From contig CAWGMQ010000008.1 of assembly GCA_963823665.1 (NCBI GenBank), forward strand, positions 1,888,001 through 1,952,000: 64,000 nucleotides of DNA, given 5' to 3'. The notes under the pieces are model-generated. The model ran no database searches. It saw only the letters and a list, made by a program, of their open reading frames with translations, and was not told the DNA's origin. The position numbers were made by a program, and so were the translations under genes. This document shows, in pieces, positions 42,983 to 54,030 of this stretch. Within the stretch, counting starts at the first letter, position 1. Every line of letters starts with the position of its first letter. The DNA is from an uncultured Planctomycetota bacterium. Lineage in GTDB: Bacteria; Planctomycetota; Planctomycetia; Isosphaerales; Isosphaeraceae.

Positions 42983-43906
42983 TCATTGCCCCGCAGCCGG
43001 GTTGATCCGGGGGTCGTCGGCATCGAGGCCGAACCGGGCGCAGTAGCGGCGCATGCTGGCCTGCGCGTCGACGTTGTCGGGGTCCACAGCCAGCGCCCTC
43101 CGGTACTCGTGGTAGGCTGCATGGTCCAGGCCCCGGCGTTCGAGCAGCAGGCCCATCAGCGCGAGGGCCTCGGGGGCATCCGGGTGGGTGTCGATCACCC
43201 GATCGAGCAGGGTTGTTGCCAGGTCGAAGTCGCGGCGATCCATGGCGACCTTGACCGCCGTCAGGTCAACGGCCGGCCGGCCCTGGGCGACGGCGGCCGC
43301 GGGCCCGGTGCGTCCCTCCGCCGGGCGGGGTCCGGGTCCGCGGCCCCGGGCCGCCTGTCGCTCGACGACGTCCGAGACCACCCGGCGTAGGTCCACCGGC
43401 GTCAAGGGCTTGCACAGGAGGTCGACGGCCCCGAGCTTCATCGCCTCGACGGCGTCGGGGACCGTGCCGTAGGCGGTGACGATGATCACCGGAGTATCGT
43501 CGCCGATCTGTCGGAGGTGGCGCAGGGTCTCCAGCCCGTCGAGCAGCGGCATGCGGAGGTCGAGGAGGATCAGGTCCACGGGCGTATCGCGTAGGGCCTT
43601 CAAGGCCGCCTCCCCGTCCGTGGCCCCGATGACCTCGCAGCCGTCGGCCTCGAGGGTCGCCCGGGCCATCAGGTGGATGCCCGGCTCGTCGTCGACGACC
43701 ATGATCCGCGGCGCGCGGTTCGCGGTTCGGCCATCACTCCCGACTGGGCCTACGCCGGGGTTCGACGGGGAGCCACCGTCCGATCGTTGCGAGGCCGTCG
43801 CGGGTTCGACCCCGCGGCTCGCCGGCCCGTCCACGGGTGCGCTTTCGAGACGCCCCAAGACGAGGACGTCGCGGGAATGTCGTTGAAGTTGGTGCAGCCT
43901 GGCCAT
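42983..43906 (-). CDS. Response regulator: receiver domain plus C-terminal TPR-like region
   Basis: IMVVDDE, LILLDLRMPLLDG, VTAYG, KP, then a TPR-like segment (ALALMG..YRRALAVDP). Start uncertain. Confidence 0.8.
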   Translation of the reverse strand: MARLHQLQRHSRDVLVLGRLESAPVDGPASRGVEPATASQRSDGGSPSNPGVGPVGSDGRTANRAPRIMVVDDEPGIHLMARATLEADGCEVIGATDGEAALKALRDTPVDLILLDLRMPLLDGLETLRHLRQIGDDTPVIIVTAYGTVPDAVEAMKLGAVDLLCKPLTPVDLRRVVSDVVERQAARGRGPGPRPAEGRTGPAAAVAQGRPAVDLTAVKVAMDRRDFDLATTLLDRVIDTHPDAPEALALMGLLLERRGLDHAAYHEYRRALAVDPDNVDAQASMRRYCARFGLDADDPRINPAAGQ

Positions 43907-44199
43907 GTTCCACCTCGATCCGCAAGAGAGGAGCCCAGCGACGGCGTCGACCGGCCGCCCCCCCGCCCGACCGGTCCTTACACGACCGAGTATAGCTGCT
44001 GTGGGACGGCCGACAACTCGGAAGCGACGGCGAGGCCATCCGTAGCGGCACCGGACGGCTACGATCCACCGGCATCCAGTGACTTCAGACCGTATTGGTG
44101 CACGCTTCGGTCTGATCGACCGAAGCGTCGGCAGGACACATACGCCTGAGCGGTGGCCGGCGGAATCAGCACTCTCCGAACCGCATGGACCCGAGCGGT

Positions 44200-44460
44200 C
44201 GTCATCTGTCACGAGCGGCCGCGACATACTTGTAAAGCGTCGGCCTTGAGATGGTGACCGCCTTGCAGATTTCGTCAATTGTGTGTTTCTTCTGCCGGAA
44301 CAGATCGACGGCCATGGCAGGCTCCTTGTCACCAAGCTTTGCCGCCTGCCACCTTTCCTGGCGCGTGCGCTCGCGGCGGCGAGCTCCGCGTTCGTCCGTT
44401 CGCGGATCGGGTTAGGCTCAAACTCCGCGAGCGCTCCAAAGATGTGAAACACCGGCTTGC
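44200..44460 (-). pseudogene. C-terminal remnant of a serine resolvase
   Basis: FHIFGALAEFE..IRERTNAELAAASARARKGGR, followed by a frameshifted HTH region. Confidence 0.75.
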
Positions 44461-44577
44461 CGCACGGTGCGGAGAATCAGGTATGTTGTCGCCGGAACGG
44501 AGTTGTTGGGGGCTCACGCAAACTCGTTACAGCGCGGAATGAAGCACGGAGTGAAGAGATACACGGAACGAGGAAGC

Positions 44578-44889
44578 GAAAGGCGCAGAGCGATAGGCGG
44601 AGATGGGCTCACGCAAAGGCGCCAAGGTCGAGAAGGCGCGAATCGAACATGCAGGCGCTGTGATCAGGTTCTGTTGAACGGCGGGAGTTCAATTCGACGG
44701 AGTTCAGGGATCGCACTTATTCTTGTCATGCACGGAACGGGGGAGTAAAAGGCGCAGAGCGATAGGCGGAGATGGGCTCACGCGAAGTCGCAAAGGCGCC
44801 AAGGGGGAGAAGGCGCGAATCGAACATGCGGGCACTGTGATCAGGGTCAGTTGAATGGCGGGAGTTCGATTCGACCGGTCTCGGGGATC
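44578..44889. repeat. Two direct copies of a ~135-140 bp repeat containing a REP-like CTCACGCAAAGGCGCCAAG core; related copies at 16953-17051 and ~40060-40100
   Basis: AAAGGCGCAGAGCGATAGGCGGAGATGGGCTCACGC..GGCGCGAATCGAACATGC..GTTGAA-GGCGGGAGTTC at 44578 and 44748. Confidence 0.85.
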
Positions 44890-45390
44890 GGAGGGATGGC
44901 ATCTGGGACGTCGTTGGGGCCCAAGCTGACACGGTACAAGAATCGCGGGGCGGAGGGAGTCTGTAGGGTAGCTGAGGGAGACACGCCGCTCTTGCACGAG
45001 GTGGAGCGGACTTACGCGGACGTCTTCAGGGCTCTAGTGCTCCGGCGAAGACTTTGAAGTAGGATGCGAAGCGAGCAATGTATTGGACGCAGGACTCGCT
45101 GGTCTGTGGCGTGAAATTGCGGAGGGTCGCATCCTCGATCATGCGGCGGCGCAAGGGTGTCATGTGGGGCTCCTTTGCGCGTGAACCGGATTGAGTGAGA
45201 GACAATCCGTTCACGATGCCACAACTGAGCAGAGAAGGGGCACATCAAGACCAGCGCACGGAGAAGGAAGCCGCGCGCAGCGAGGCGGACGACAGCAGCA
45301 CAGGGAGAAGACAGTCGAGGAGAAGCGCAGATGCGCCCAGAGGTCGAGCTGAAGCTCGTTCTAGCCCATCGCGGAGCGGTTTAGTTCAAC
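44890..45390 (-). mobile_element. Tyrosine recombinase N-terminal stub (copy 2) with upstream element end
   Basis: MTPLRRRMIEDATLRNFTPQT.. is frameshifted. The region ends at GCGGTTTAGTTCAAC (45376-45390), which resembles ends of integrase/IS91-type elements. Confidence 0.65.
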
Positions 45391-45448
45391 ACCGATTCGA
45401 GAACGCCAAACGTTGACCAAAATTCTGGTCTGGTCTACAATTTCCCGC

Positions 45449-45772
45449 ATGGCGTGGAGCGTGGAACTGAAAGAGTCGGTGCTCGACGACCTCCGCTGGT
45501 TTGGGAAGAAGAACGCGCGTCAGCTTCTCCAGGCGGCGCTCGAGCGGCTGGAAGAAGACCCGCTAACCGAGACTCGCCAAATGAAGACGTTGCGGCCGAA
45601 TTCCGTCGCTGGACGCGAACTGCGGCTCTTCGGAAAGTACCGCGTGCTGTTCCGGGTCGATGCGCCCTCGCGGGTGGTCACGATCGTTCTTGTCGGAGAG
45701 AAGCGGGGCGAGGTGTTGCTCGTTCAAGGGAAGGAGTATGCCGAACACCATGAAACTGATACCTTTGAGTGA
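45449..45772 (+). CDS. RelE/ParE family type II toxin
   Basis: WSVELKESVLDDL..RELRLFGKYRVLFRVD..VTIVLVGEKR. Confidence 0.8.
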   Translation: MAWSVELKESVLDDLRWFGKKNARQLLQAALERLEEDPLTETRQMKTLRPNSVAGRELRLFGKYRVLFRVDAPSRVVTIVLVGEKRGEVLLVQGKEYAEHHETDTFE

Positions 45773-45989
45773 AGCCAAGGCGCACTTGAGCCAGTACGGG
45801 CGATTGTGCCACGACGAGCCCGTTATCGTCACGGTGAACGGTGTACCCTCATTCCAACTCGTTCCCCTGGAAGAGGACGACGACCTGATCGGCCGCTTGC
45901 TCGAGCATCATCCGTCGTTTCGCAAGATGTTGGAGGCCCGGCTCCGGGAGAGGAGCGTCACGGCTCGTGAGGCGCTAAAGCGGCTGTGA
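45750..45989 (+). CDS. Phd/YefM family antitoxin
   Basis: IPLSEAKAHLS..EPVIVTVNGVP..LVP. Overlaps the 3' end of the toxin gene. Confidence 0.8.
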   Translation: MKLIPLSEAKAHLSQYGRLCHDEPVIVTVNGVPSFQLVPLEEDDDLIGRLLEHHPSFRKMLEARLRERSVTAREALKRL

Positions 45990-46010
45990 AGGCGCGGGAA
46001 ATGTCACGGC

Positions 46011-46059
46011 AGTGATCGCCTAATTTTGACCCCCCATGCTCGTCTGAAACTGACCCCCT
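46011..46059. mobile_element. Solo IS21-like terminal repeat
   Basis: Tandem AATTTTGACCCCCC / AAACTGACCCCCT boxes typical of IS21 ends. No istAB nearby. Confidence 0.5.
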
Positions 46060-46142
46060 CGGTTCTTGAAATTAGCCGTTCTGGGCAAACGCGGCTGTTT
46101 GCTTCTTACTGCGATCTCTTTCCCTTCTTCTGTTTCATCAAC

Positions 46143-46685
46143 TCACAGAACCGATACGGGAAGTGTGCGCGGCTGCTTGACCGGAGGGATGGCATCCGGG
46201 ACGTCGTTGCGACCCAAGCTGACACGATACAAGAATCGCAGGGCGGAGCGAGTCTGCTGGTAGTAGCTGAGGGAGACACGGCGCTCTTGCACGAGGTGAA
46301 CGAGGAAGGCGGGGACGTCTTCAGGGCTGATGTGCTCCGGCGACGATTTGAAGTAGCGTGCGAAGCGAGCAATGCATTGGACGTGGGATTCGATGGTCTG
46401 TGGCGTGAAATTGCGGAGGGTCGTATCCTCGATCATGCGGCGGGGCAAGGGGGTCATGGGCGGCTCATTTGCGAGTAAATGGGATTGAGTGAGAGACGAC
46501 CCGTTCAGGATGCCGCATCGGAGCAGAGATGGGGCACATGATAGTTAGCGCGCGGAGAAGGAAGCCACGCGCAACGAGGCGGACGATGGCAGCACGAGGG
46601 GAGGACAGTCGAGGAAAGATGCCGGTGCTGCAACGGTCGAGCGGGAGCTCTTTCGTGCCCACCGCGGAGCGAGTTAGCTTAACCC
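46143..46685 (-). mobile_element. Tyrosine recombinase N-terminal stub (copy 3) with upstream element end
   Basis: MTPLPRRMIEDTTLRNFTPQT..SALRFLYRVSLG..KQPRTLPV. Upstream ~230 bp is similar to 45165-45390. Confidence 0.7.
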
Positions 46686-47192
46686 CGGAACCCATGATTT
46701 GTTGCCATGTTCCCTAGCGGACCTGATCCAGGTCGAACCAGTTAGCGTCTGCCCCTTCACATCTAGATGAGTGAGGAACGCCGCGTCTACCGCGGTCGAC
46801 TGACGGCGCGAAAGCCCGCTCGACTTCGCCAAGCAACGAGCCGATGTTGCGGGCGGCACAGGAGCCGTAGCGATCAGAGGACGTTGTATCTATCACAATG
46901 ACTTAGAGTCCGAGTGTGACATGCGACGTCTCTGATTGATTGCGTTTAAAAAATGCCTGCATTCCCTTTTTTTTGTGGACCTCCAGCACGATCTGATCGT
47001 AACGAGGGTCTGTGAGCTCTGGCGTCTGGATGACTTCGCTTATCCCGTGTTCTCGAAGGTTCATGGCACCATCGTGGCTTAGGGGAGAAAGGAATAAGCT
47101 GCTTACGCCAGATCGGAGACGAAGGATCGGAGTTTGCTCATTACGGCCGGAATTACCTCGGGTTGCCATATTGGACATAAAGGTAGGATAAA

Positions 47193-49829
47193 GCTGACGT
47201 TCCGCACATCTGCCCCTGATTATCTCCGAATTACCGCCGCCCAAGTCAGTCGACGAGGGCTGGGCAGCGCCGATTACACCGAGGCTGGCCCAGGGACGCG
47301 ATGTGACTCGCGGCCGCACGGCCATTGCCTCGCGCACGCGTCCGGTGTGATCGCCGCGGTTCGCGCCCGCTCGCCGGTAGGCCACTACGCCAAGACTCCC
47401 TGCCTGACATCGACATCTTCTCGTCAAGTCAAGCCTAACCGCAGTGTCCAATTCCACGAGCCAGAAATTTCTGTAATTCTTCAGTTGGCCGATCTTCGAC
47501 GTAAGTCTCGCCGAGTGTGACAACCCAAGTAGCCAGTCGAGAACATCTTTGTCCTTCCCCCAGAGAAAGAGCTGTTTTTCTCGGGAAAAAGCGCTTCTCG
47601 AAATCACCAAGCGCGATTTGACCAACCGTTTGTCGAAATCGAGTCCCGACGTAGGTCCAATTCGACGCGACTTACGTCAAATTACAACATCATACTTAAG
47701 GTGGCGGAATCCGTGGATGCCTTGAAGATTTCTCCTCCAGGACAATCATGTCCGCAGGAATCTCGGCGAGACAGTCGCTCTGCTTCATGTGTCCAGAGCG
47801 GCCCCAGCGTATCTTGTCTATGCCGATCACACGCGTTCCTAAGGAGCAACACGGATGCAGAAGCCCAAGAAACGACACGTTCCTTCTTCGACTGTCCCCC
47901 CACGCCCCGGTGAGATCGCTCGCGCCAAGGGACAGGCTCTTAGCTCGTACCGAATCGACGCCCTACCTGTCGTCAGTCAACTCCTCGAACGCATGCGCCT
48001 CGACGAGTTTCTCCGATCGTATCTCCCACGCGCCGATCGGCGCTGCCGAATCGCTCCTACGCTGGGAATCTCGCTCCTGCTCAAAAATGTTCTCCTCTCC
48101 CGCGAGCCTTTGTACGGCATCGGAGAATGGGCGGCGAGGTTTGCTCCTGAGGCACTCGGCTTCAACGACAGCCAACTGCCTTCTCTCAACGACGACCGGA
48201 TAGGACGCTGTCTCGATCGCTTGTTCCAAAGCGATATCACCTCATTGGTCCTGGCGCTGGTGGCCCATGTGATCAAAGAATTCGACGTGGACCTCGACGA
48301 GCTCCACAACGACTCCACCACCATCACCTTCCATGGTGCATACGCTGACGCGGCCAAGGAAGAAATGCGGGGCAAACGGACCAGGATGGCGATCACCTGG
48401 GGTTACAACAAGGATCATCGCCCAGACCTTAAGCAACTACTTTACATCCTCACAGTGGCCAAGGACGGTGCCGTTCCGTTGTACTTCCAGGTTGCCAGCG
48501 GCAACGTGGCGGACGATCAAACCCACCGCGCTACCTGGGATCTTCTCTGTCGCCTGACGGGAAGGCGAGATTTCCTCTACGTCGCGGACTGCAAGCTGGC
48601 CAGCGCCGAGAACATGGCCCATATCCATCAACGCCAAGGCCGGTTTTTAACCGTGCTGCCGCGGACTCGGTCAGAGGACGGCATCTTCCGAGACTCACTC
48701 GGCAGTGGCCAGATCCAGTGGCGGCACATCCATGACAAGCGAAATGACGACGGCAAGATTGTGGATAAGTACTCGATCTCCGAGCCGGGTTCGCTGAGCG
48801 TCGAAGGATACCGACTGGTTTGGTACCACAGTACGCGCAAAGCCGAGCAGGATTCCCATGCGCGTCATCAACAGGTCGAAAGAGCCTTGATCGAATTGTC
48901 GGAGCTGCGTTTGAAGCTCTCATCTCCGCGGACGCGGTTTTGACAAGAGGCGAAGGTTGTGGATGCCGTTCAGGAAATCCTCCGGGCGCGGGCGCTGAGA
49001 ATTGGATCGTCACGGAGATCAAAGAGCGAACCGAGGAGAGGTTCCGCCAGGACCGGCGAGGTCGACCGAATGATCAAACGCGATACGTCAGGAAGACGAG
49101 CACTCGCTTCGAGCTGGCGTATCACATCGATCACGAGAGACTCGTCGCGGAAACGGCGGGTGACGGAGTCTTCCCTTTGATCACGAACGACCATTCACTG
49201 TCGGGCTTGGAAATGTTGCTGGCCTACAAGGGCCAGCCGGCGCTGGAGAAACGGTTTTCGCACTTGAAGACGGACTTCGAAGTCGCCCCGGTTTATCTTA
49301 AGGAGGCCAGCCGGATTCAGGCGTTGCTCTGTGTCTATTTTCTGGTGCTCCTGGCTGAATCGCTACTCGAACGCGAGCTGCGTCGTGCCATGGACCGCGA
49401 GGCGATTGAAAGCCTGCCTCTGTATCCAGAAAGTCGGAAGTGTCGCCATCCCACAGCTCGTCGGCTGATCGACCTGTTTGAGGATGTGCAACGGCACTCG
49501 CTGCAAGTCGGACGGCGACCGTCAGTGGTTTTCACAACTCAATTGAGCCGGCTGCAACGGCAGGTGCTGCGTCTGCTTGGTATGTCGAAAGTCTACGATG
49601 GCTGATTTGGTCAGCCAGCGTGCGACTGTTCTCGACGGCGCTGAACCGCAAGACATAAGCGTGAGCGGATAACAACTCTTGCGATAGTCAAGCAGTCGAG
49701 CCCTCAAATCGACCATGGGTTGCGAGCGGTAATCGACTGCTGACTTGCGTGAGAGACCCCCAGCGCCTGCCCGATTTACCGCCGGGCGATATTCCGGGAT
49801 AATCAAGGGCAGATGTGCGGAACGTCAGC
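47193..49829 (+). mobile_element. IS1634-family element
   Basis: Terminal inverted repeats GCTGACGTTCCGCACATCTGCCCCTGATTAT (47193) and ATAATCAAGGGCAGATGTGCGGAACGTCAGC (49799-49829). No clear target duplication. Confidence 0.8.
47855..49605 (+). pseudogene. IS1634-family transposase with internal stop (48941-48943) and frameshift (~48990)
   Basis: LNDDRIGRCLDRL, HNDSTTITFHG, GYNKDHRPDLKQ, YVADCKL, YKGQPALEKRFSHLK..PVYLK..RIQAL. Confidence 0.85.
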
Positions 49830-51728
49830 ACGATCGACCCTTCCCTTCCATTTCTCGAAGCTGGCGACTCCGCTTTTGTCAGATTCTTGAACGTCGAACT
49901 GCGGGAATGTTTGTTCGACGTGCGAGTTTAGCTCGATGAGGGCTTTCTCCGCAGAGCCAACATGGTTGCGGAATTGTTCGCGCCTCTCTAATATCTCGCC
50001 GGAACTTGAGAAGTTCCGATGCAAAGTTGCTACGCCTTGCTGCTCGTAGTCATGGAAAAGCTCTTCCGACATGGACGCTGCTAGCGCCCAATCCCCGAAG
50101 AAGCGTCTGAAGAGTGTGAATAGCGTTCTGTCATAGAGACTAAACGATAGTGAGTTTACAATTTCGGCAGAAGGATCGATAACCGTGAGAATCTCAAGGT
50201 GGACTCGATCCTCCATTGCTTCCTTGAGGAAGAATTTGACCAGTGGTCCGGGTAGATTAGCGTAGATTCTCTTGACGGATCTCAGGTCGGCGACGCGATG
50301 CTCGCCGATGTCAAACGCGTCAAATCTGCTACCTAATCCCTCAACAGTTTTCTTGATGGCGGGATGATATTGCTTGATATTGTATCCGCGGAACTCCTTC
50401 AAAGAGTCAGTCGCGTATTCTGATATCATTTCGGCAATGGGGAGTGCCAGTTCAATTGTGGTCACTTTCATAAGGTAATTGCAGAAAGTCGACTGTGGCG
50501 CATATCTTCCCAGCTTGTCGGCACTGGTCATCAAGGCGCGAAGTGCGAGGACTCGTGTGGACACCGCTGCCGAATGCTCATATATCGCTTTCATCCGTTC
50601 GCAAACATCATCTGCAAAGGGGAATTGATAGCCGCCGACGCGCTCTTGAATTGCCGTCGCATAGGCGAGCAGAACGGGATTCAAAACAGAGTCACACGCC
50701 CTCGCAATGTCGGGTAGCCACTTTACAGGAACGCGATGGAAGCTCTCGAGCACTAAAGCGTGGTCCAACAAAGACGTGTACGACAACACTTCCATCAGCC
50801 CACTGAGCCGCTCATGCGATGGAATAGCATTCGGGAATGCGTCTTCTAGGGCAGTTATGATATTCTCCAATGCTTCGCGTGGGTTCGCTCTCGCGTCCAT
50901 TGAGACACGATACGTAGTCAACGACGACAACAAGCTCTTCACATCTTGATAGCGGCCTTCGGGGTTTTCCGCGGTCGCTCGGCGAACAATGTGATCGAGT
51001 CCACCAGGCAGCTTAGTGGAATCAACCCATCTGGGTGTCAAACCGGTCAGTAAGTGATACAACATTTTCCCAAGTTGATAGACGTCAGTGCGACGCTCTG
51101 TTTGAGCGCCGCCTCCCGATTGCCGCTGCTCTGGGGCAAGGTAGTCCTCGGTGCCGAGTTGCTGGATGCCTGTGGTAAGGACCGTCGTGTCCCGGTCCTC
51201 AAATGTTGCGAGGCCAAGATCCGATATGACTACGGACCCATCCAGTAGTCTTAAGATGTTCGCTGGCTTCAGATCACGATGCACGACATTTCGATCATGA
51301 ATGTCTATCACGCCTTTGCAGATTTGCTCAAACATATCTAAGACCAGCGTTTCATTGCCTTTAAAACTGGCTTTAGCATCTTCTAAGGACTCCGCGCCTA
51401 AAGGCATAACGAAGTATGGCGGCTCATGTTCCAGGTTCACATCGAGGATAGGAATTACAGATGGGCTGCTGATGCTCTTCATGATTCGCACTTCGCGGGC
51501 GAATCGCTGGCGAGACACATTTTCGCGGCAGTACTTCAGGGCGACCGCGGGATTGCCCCGAGCATCTTGAACTTTGAGAACATCGCCCATTCCGCCTCTG
51601 CCGATTTTGTCTCGAACGACATATATACCATCGACAGTGTCGCCGACCTGGAAACGATAGGGCTTCGCAGACGCCGAGTCTGCTGTTTTGCCCGCGACGT
51701 TACTACTACCCAACGCGCCTTCAAACAT
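49803..51728 (-). CDS. Soluble Ser/Thr protein kinase with long unknown helical C-terminus (lower GC)
   Basis: IGRGGMGDV, ALK, HRDLKPANIL, SDLGLA, GTEDYLAPEQ, DVYQLG. The last codons lie within the IS1634 inverted repeat. Confidence 0.85.
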   Translation of the reverse strand: MFEGALGSSNVAGKTADSASAKPYRFQVGDTVDGIYVVRDKIGRGGMGDVLKVQDARGNPAVALKYCRENVSRQRFAREVRIMKSISSPSVIPILDVNLEHEPPYFVMPLGAESLEDAKASFKGNETLVLDMFEQICKGVIDIHDRNVVHRDLKPANILRLLDGSVVISDLGLATFEDRDTTVLTTGIQQLGTEDYLAPEQRQSGGGAQTERRTDVYQLGKMLYHLLTGLTPRWVDSTKLPGGLDHIVRRATAENPEGRYQDVKSLLSSLTTYRVSMDARANPREALENIITALEDAFPNAIPSHERLSGLMEVLSYTSLLDHALVLESFHRVPVKWLPDIARACDSVLNPVLLAYATAIQERVGGYQFPFADDVCERMKAIYEHSAAVSTRVLALRALMTSADKLGRYAPQSTFCNYLMKVTTIELALPIAEMISEYATDSLKEFRGYNIKQYHPAIKKTVEGLGSRFDAFDIGEHRVADLRSVKRIYANLPGPLVKFFLKEAMEDRVHLEILTVIDPSAEIVNSLSFSLYDRTLFTLFRRFFGDWALAASMSEELFHDYEQQGVATLHRNFSSSGEILERREQFRNHVGSAEKALIELNSHVEQTFPQFDVQESDKSGVASFEKWKGRVDRADVPHICP

Positions 51729-51886
51729 TGCAATCGCCCCAACGCGCCACGATACATGTACGCACTCATCGCCGGAAGAAAATGCGGCATAGCTGGATGC
51801 TCATTTTCCAAATGACCTCTTGACCGTGCAAGCGACTGCGCTGATAAACAGTCACCGTGTCCTGTTCATCGCGCCACAATCGCCCG

Positions 51887-52633
51887 TCAACTCTTGAAAT
51901 AAACCGCCTTATCGAGTTGTCGATAGAGGAACGAGATAAAACTCAGAATGTCCAAGCAGTCGGCCATCTCGATTGGCCAGTCTGCGGCGGGCTCGTGGGA
52001 AGTTGGATTTCTAATCGCGCCCATCAGGCCCGCCGAGAGGAACTTCACTCCATCCTGAACATTCTTGTCGGTGTCGGTCTGGCACGCGGTGATCTTGAGG
52101 CAACCCTTATCCCAGCCCCAGACCTCGAGCATCAGCGATTGCCCGTCCTTCGCGCTCTGGGCTTTCTGTCGAACCGCCTTGTTGTATGCCTTCGCGGCCT
52201 CAAAGACGGCATGAAACAGGTGGCCGTCCATGAACAGGGCTCGCGCGTGCTTGATCACCTCGGCGTGGAATCCCCTCCCCATGAATAGGTTGTGGTCCTC
52301 GCGATTCAGCTTGGCAGCCGCGATGCCGCAGCTCTGCAGCACCTTCGATACGCGGGGCCAACCGTCCTCCCCCGACAGCTCTCGGAAGAACTTGATGAGA
52401 CGGCCTTCCCGCTCTTCCTGCGTTAGTTCGGCCTTGGCGAGGGAGAGCACCCAGTCGTGGACTCCCTGCGCCCGCACGGAAGTGATCGCGTCGTTCGCGA
52501 AAGCCTCCTTTCGCACTCGCAACACGGCCGCCCCGATCCGATCCACCTCGTTGACCGTGGTCGAATATTTCAGGGCATCGCCAGCTTGTACGGCGATCAG
52601 TCGGGCGTTCATGAACGGTCTGGTCCTGGCCAA
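51887..52633 (-). CDS. TIGR02391-like protein with HEPN-type RxxxxH motif
   Basis: HAVFEAAK..VRQK..DGQSLM..W, QDGVKFLSAGLMGAIRNPTSHE. Start codon (TTG) uncertain. Confidence 0.75.
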   Translation of the reverse strand: MARTRPFMNARLIAVQAGDALKYSTTVNEVDRIGAAVLRVRKEAFANDAITSVRAQGVHDWVLSLAKAELTQEEREGRLIKFFRELSGEDGWPRVSKVLQSCGIAAAKLNREDHNLFMGRGFHAEVIKHARALFMDGHLFHAVFEAAKAYNKAVRQKAQSAKDGQSLMLEVWGWDKGCLKITACQTDTDKNVQDGVKFLSAGLMGAIRNPTSHEPAADWPIEMADCLDILSFISFLYRQLDKAVYFKS

Positions 52634-52634
52634 C

Positions 52635-53501
52635 TCAACTCGGCTTTAGTGTGCTTTCGTCAATGCTATCCATCATCGCGTTTAGGAACAGCAGCCCGCG
52701 ATTAAATAACCCAATCAACTGGGCGCGGTCCATACAGGTCTGCTTAGCACCGGAGAGCTGGTCCATCAGCCTGTCGGCATCCTCCCCGAGCCGAGCAAAG
52801 TGACCGGCGGATAAGGAAGCGCGGGCGCATTGGCTACCGACCGAAACCAATTTCGCGCTCCACCGTCTAGCTTCTTCTTGTTTGGGGCGTCGCCTGACGA
52901 GTTCTGTAATCGCGGCGCCGATGCACTCGCGCAACGAAATCAGGACCGAGACCGCTCCCCCATCCCCGACCACCGGCCGTTCCATCGACCCTTTCGCCTC
53001 GTGCAGCAGGTCCAGCGCAGGCCGTGAATCTCCGCCGCGACGATCGAGCCCGATCCGACGCATCGATGACAGGGCTTTTTCAAACAGCGGAAACCGCTCC
53101 AGAGTCTGATTAATGCTCGTCATCGCCGATGCCGCGGCAGGGGGTGCTTGAAGCGCGCCGTGGAAAGGGGCGAACCACGTCACCGCGCCGGCGACTGCGG
53201 AATTGGCTGAAGACATTGCCATGGCGCTGAAAGAGTTGACGCTCGGCTGTATAGCTTGAAGGCGCGCCGCCATTCCATGCCAGCTTATCCAACCCTGCTT
53301 TTGTCGCGTCCATTCTCCCGTAGGCATCTGGTCTGCCGGGATTTCCCTGTAGACCTGAGCAAGCGGCTTGGCAATATCCTGCACGAAACGGGCGGATTCC
53401 ATGATCGCCTGGCCCATGCTTTCCACGTGTTTGGCCGCCGGCGCCGCATCGTGAAGCAGTCGGATCAGCTCTTCTTTTTCCTTCTCCGCGTCGTCAGCCA
53501 C
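52635..53501 (-). CDS. Hypothetical helical protein
   Basis: 288-aa ORF ending immediately before the TIGR02391-like gene. Confidence 0.7.
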   Translation of the reverse strand: MADDAEKEKEELIRLLHDAAPAAKHVESMGQAIMESARFVQDIAKPLAQVYREIPADQMPTGEWTRQKQGWISWHGMAARLQAIQPSVNSFSAMAMSSANSAVAGAVTWFAPFHGALQAPPAAASAMTSINQTLERFPLFEKALSSMRRIGLDRRGGDSRPALDLLHEAKGSMERPVVGDGGAVSVLISLRECIGAAITELVRRRPKQEEARRWSAKLVSVGSQCARASLSAGHFARLGEDADRLMDQLSGAKQTCMDRAQLIGLFNRGLLFLNAMMDSIDESTLKPS

Positions 53502-53656
53502 CGAATCACCCCCGCATTTCGCGGTTCAGATCTCGCCCCATCACATACGACACAAGTCTCGCGGGCGATGTTCGCCTGTACGCTTCATTCTACCAAACCG
53601 GGCAGACTCGGCGGCACGCGGACCTGCTTACGCCCAGCTAAGGTGCGAAACGCGAG

Positions 53657-54030
53657 CTAACCGCCTAGCGTCCAACTCTCGACGGGGTTAGCCAAGCTTC
53701 GTAACCCGATCTCTAGGCATCCCGCCCGCTCGGTAGCTCGATCAGTTGTATAAGCGAAACCGCGGCCGGTGGGGCCGCCAGTCCGCCAGCACGTTGCCGG
53801 GTCGGAGCGCGTCGTGCACACGCTTCGGGCCGGGGCGTTGCACCTTGCCCCCACTGGCCGTGTCCTCGATGATCTTTTCGCACCCGGTCGGCTTCAGGGG
53901 GTCACGCTGCAAGTCGGGATTCTGCTCCGTTGTCGAAACTCTCGCATGGCCGATGATCATACCTCATCCGCTTGCCGCTCGAGTTCGGAAACCTGCCGGA
54001 GTGTTTGGGAGCGGGCTTTTTGCGATCGAG
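53657..54030 (-). pseudogene. N-terminal half of a serine resolvase with upstream region
   Basis: MIIGHARVSTTEQNPDLQRDPLKPTGCEKIIEDTASG..RPG..LRPGNVL. Confidence 0.8.

Noticed and set aside
42983..44452. 489-aa resolvase-response regulator fusion
   Set aside because: Chance read-through from a resolvase remnant through low-complexity sequence. The resolvase frame is broken.
44480..44900. CRISPR array
   Set aside because: Only two long diverged repeat units, no regular repeat-spacer period and no cas genes.
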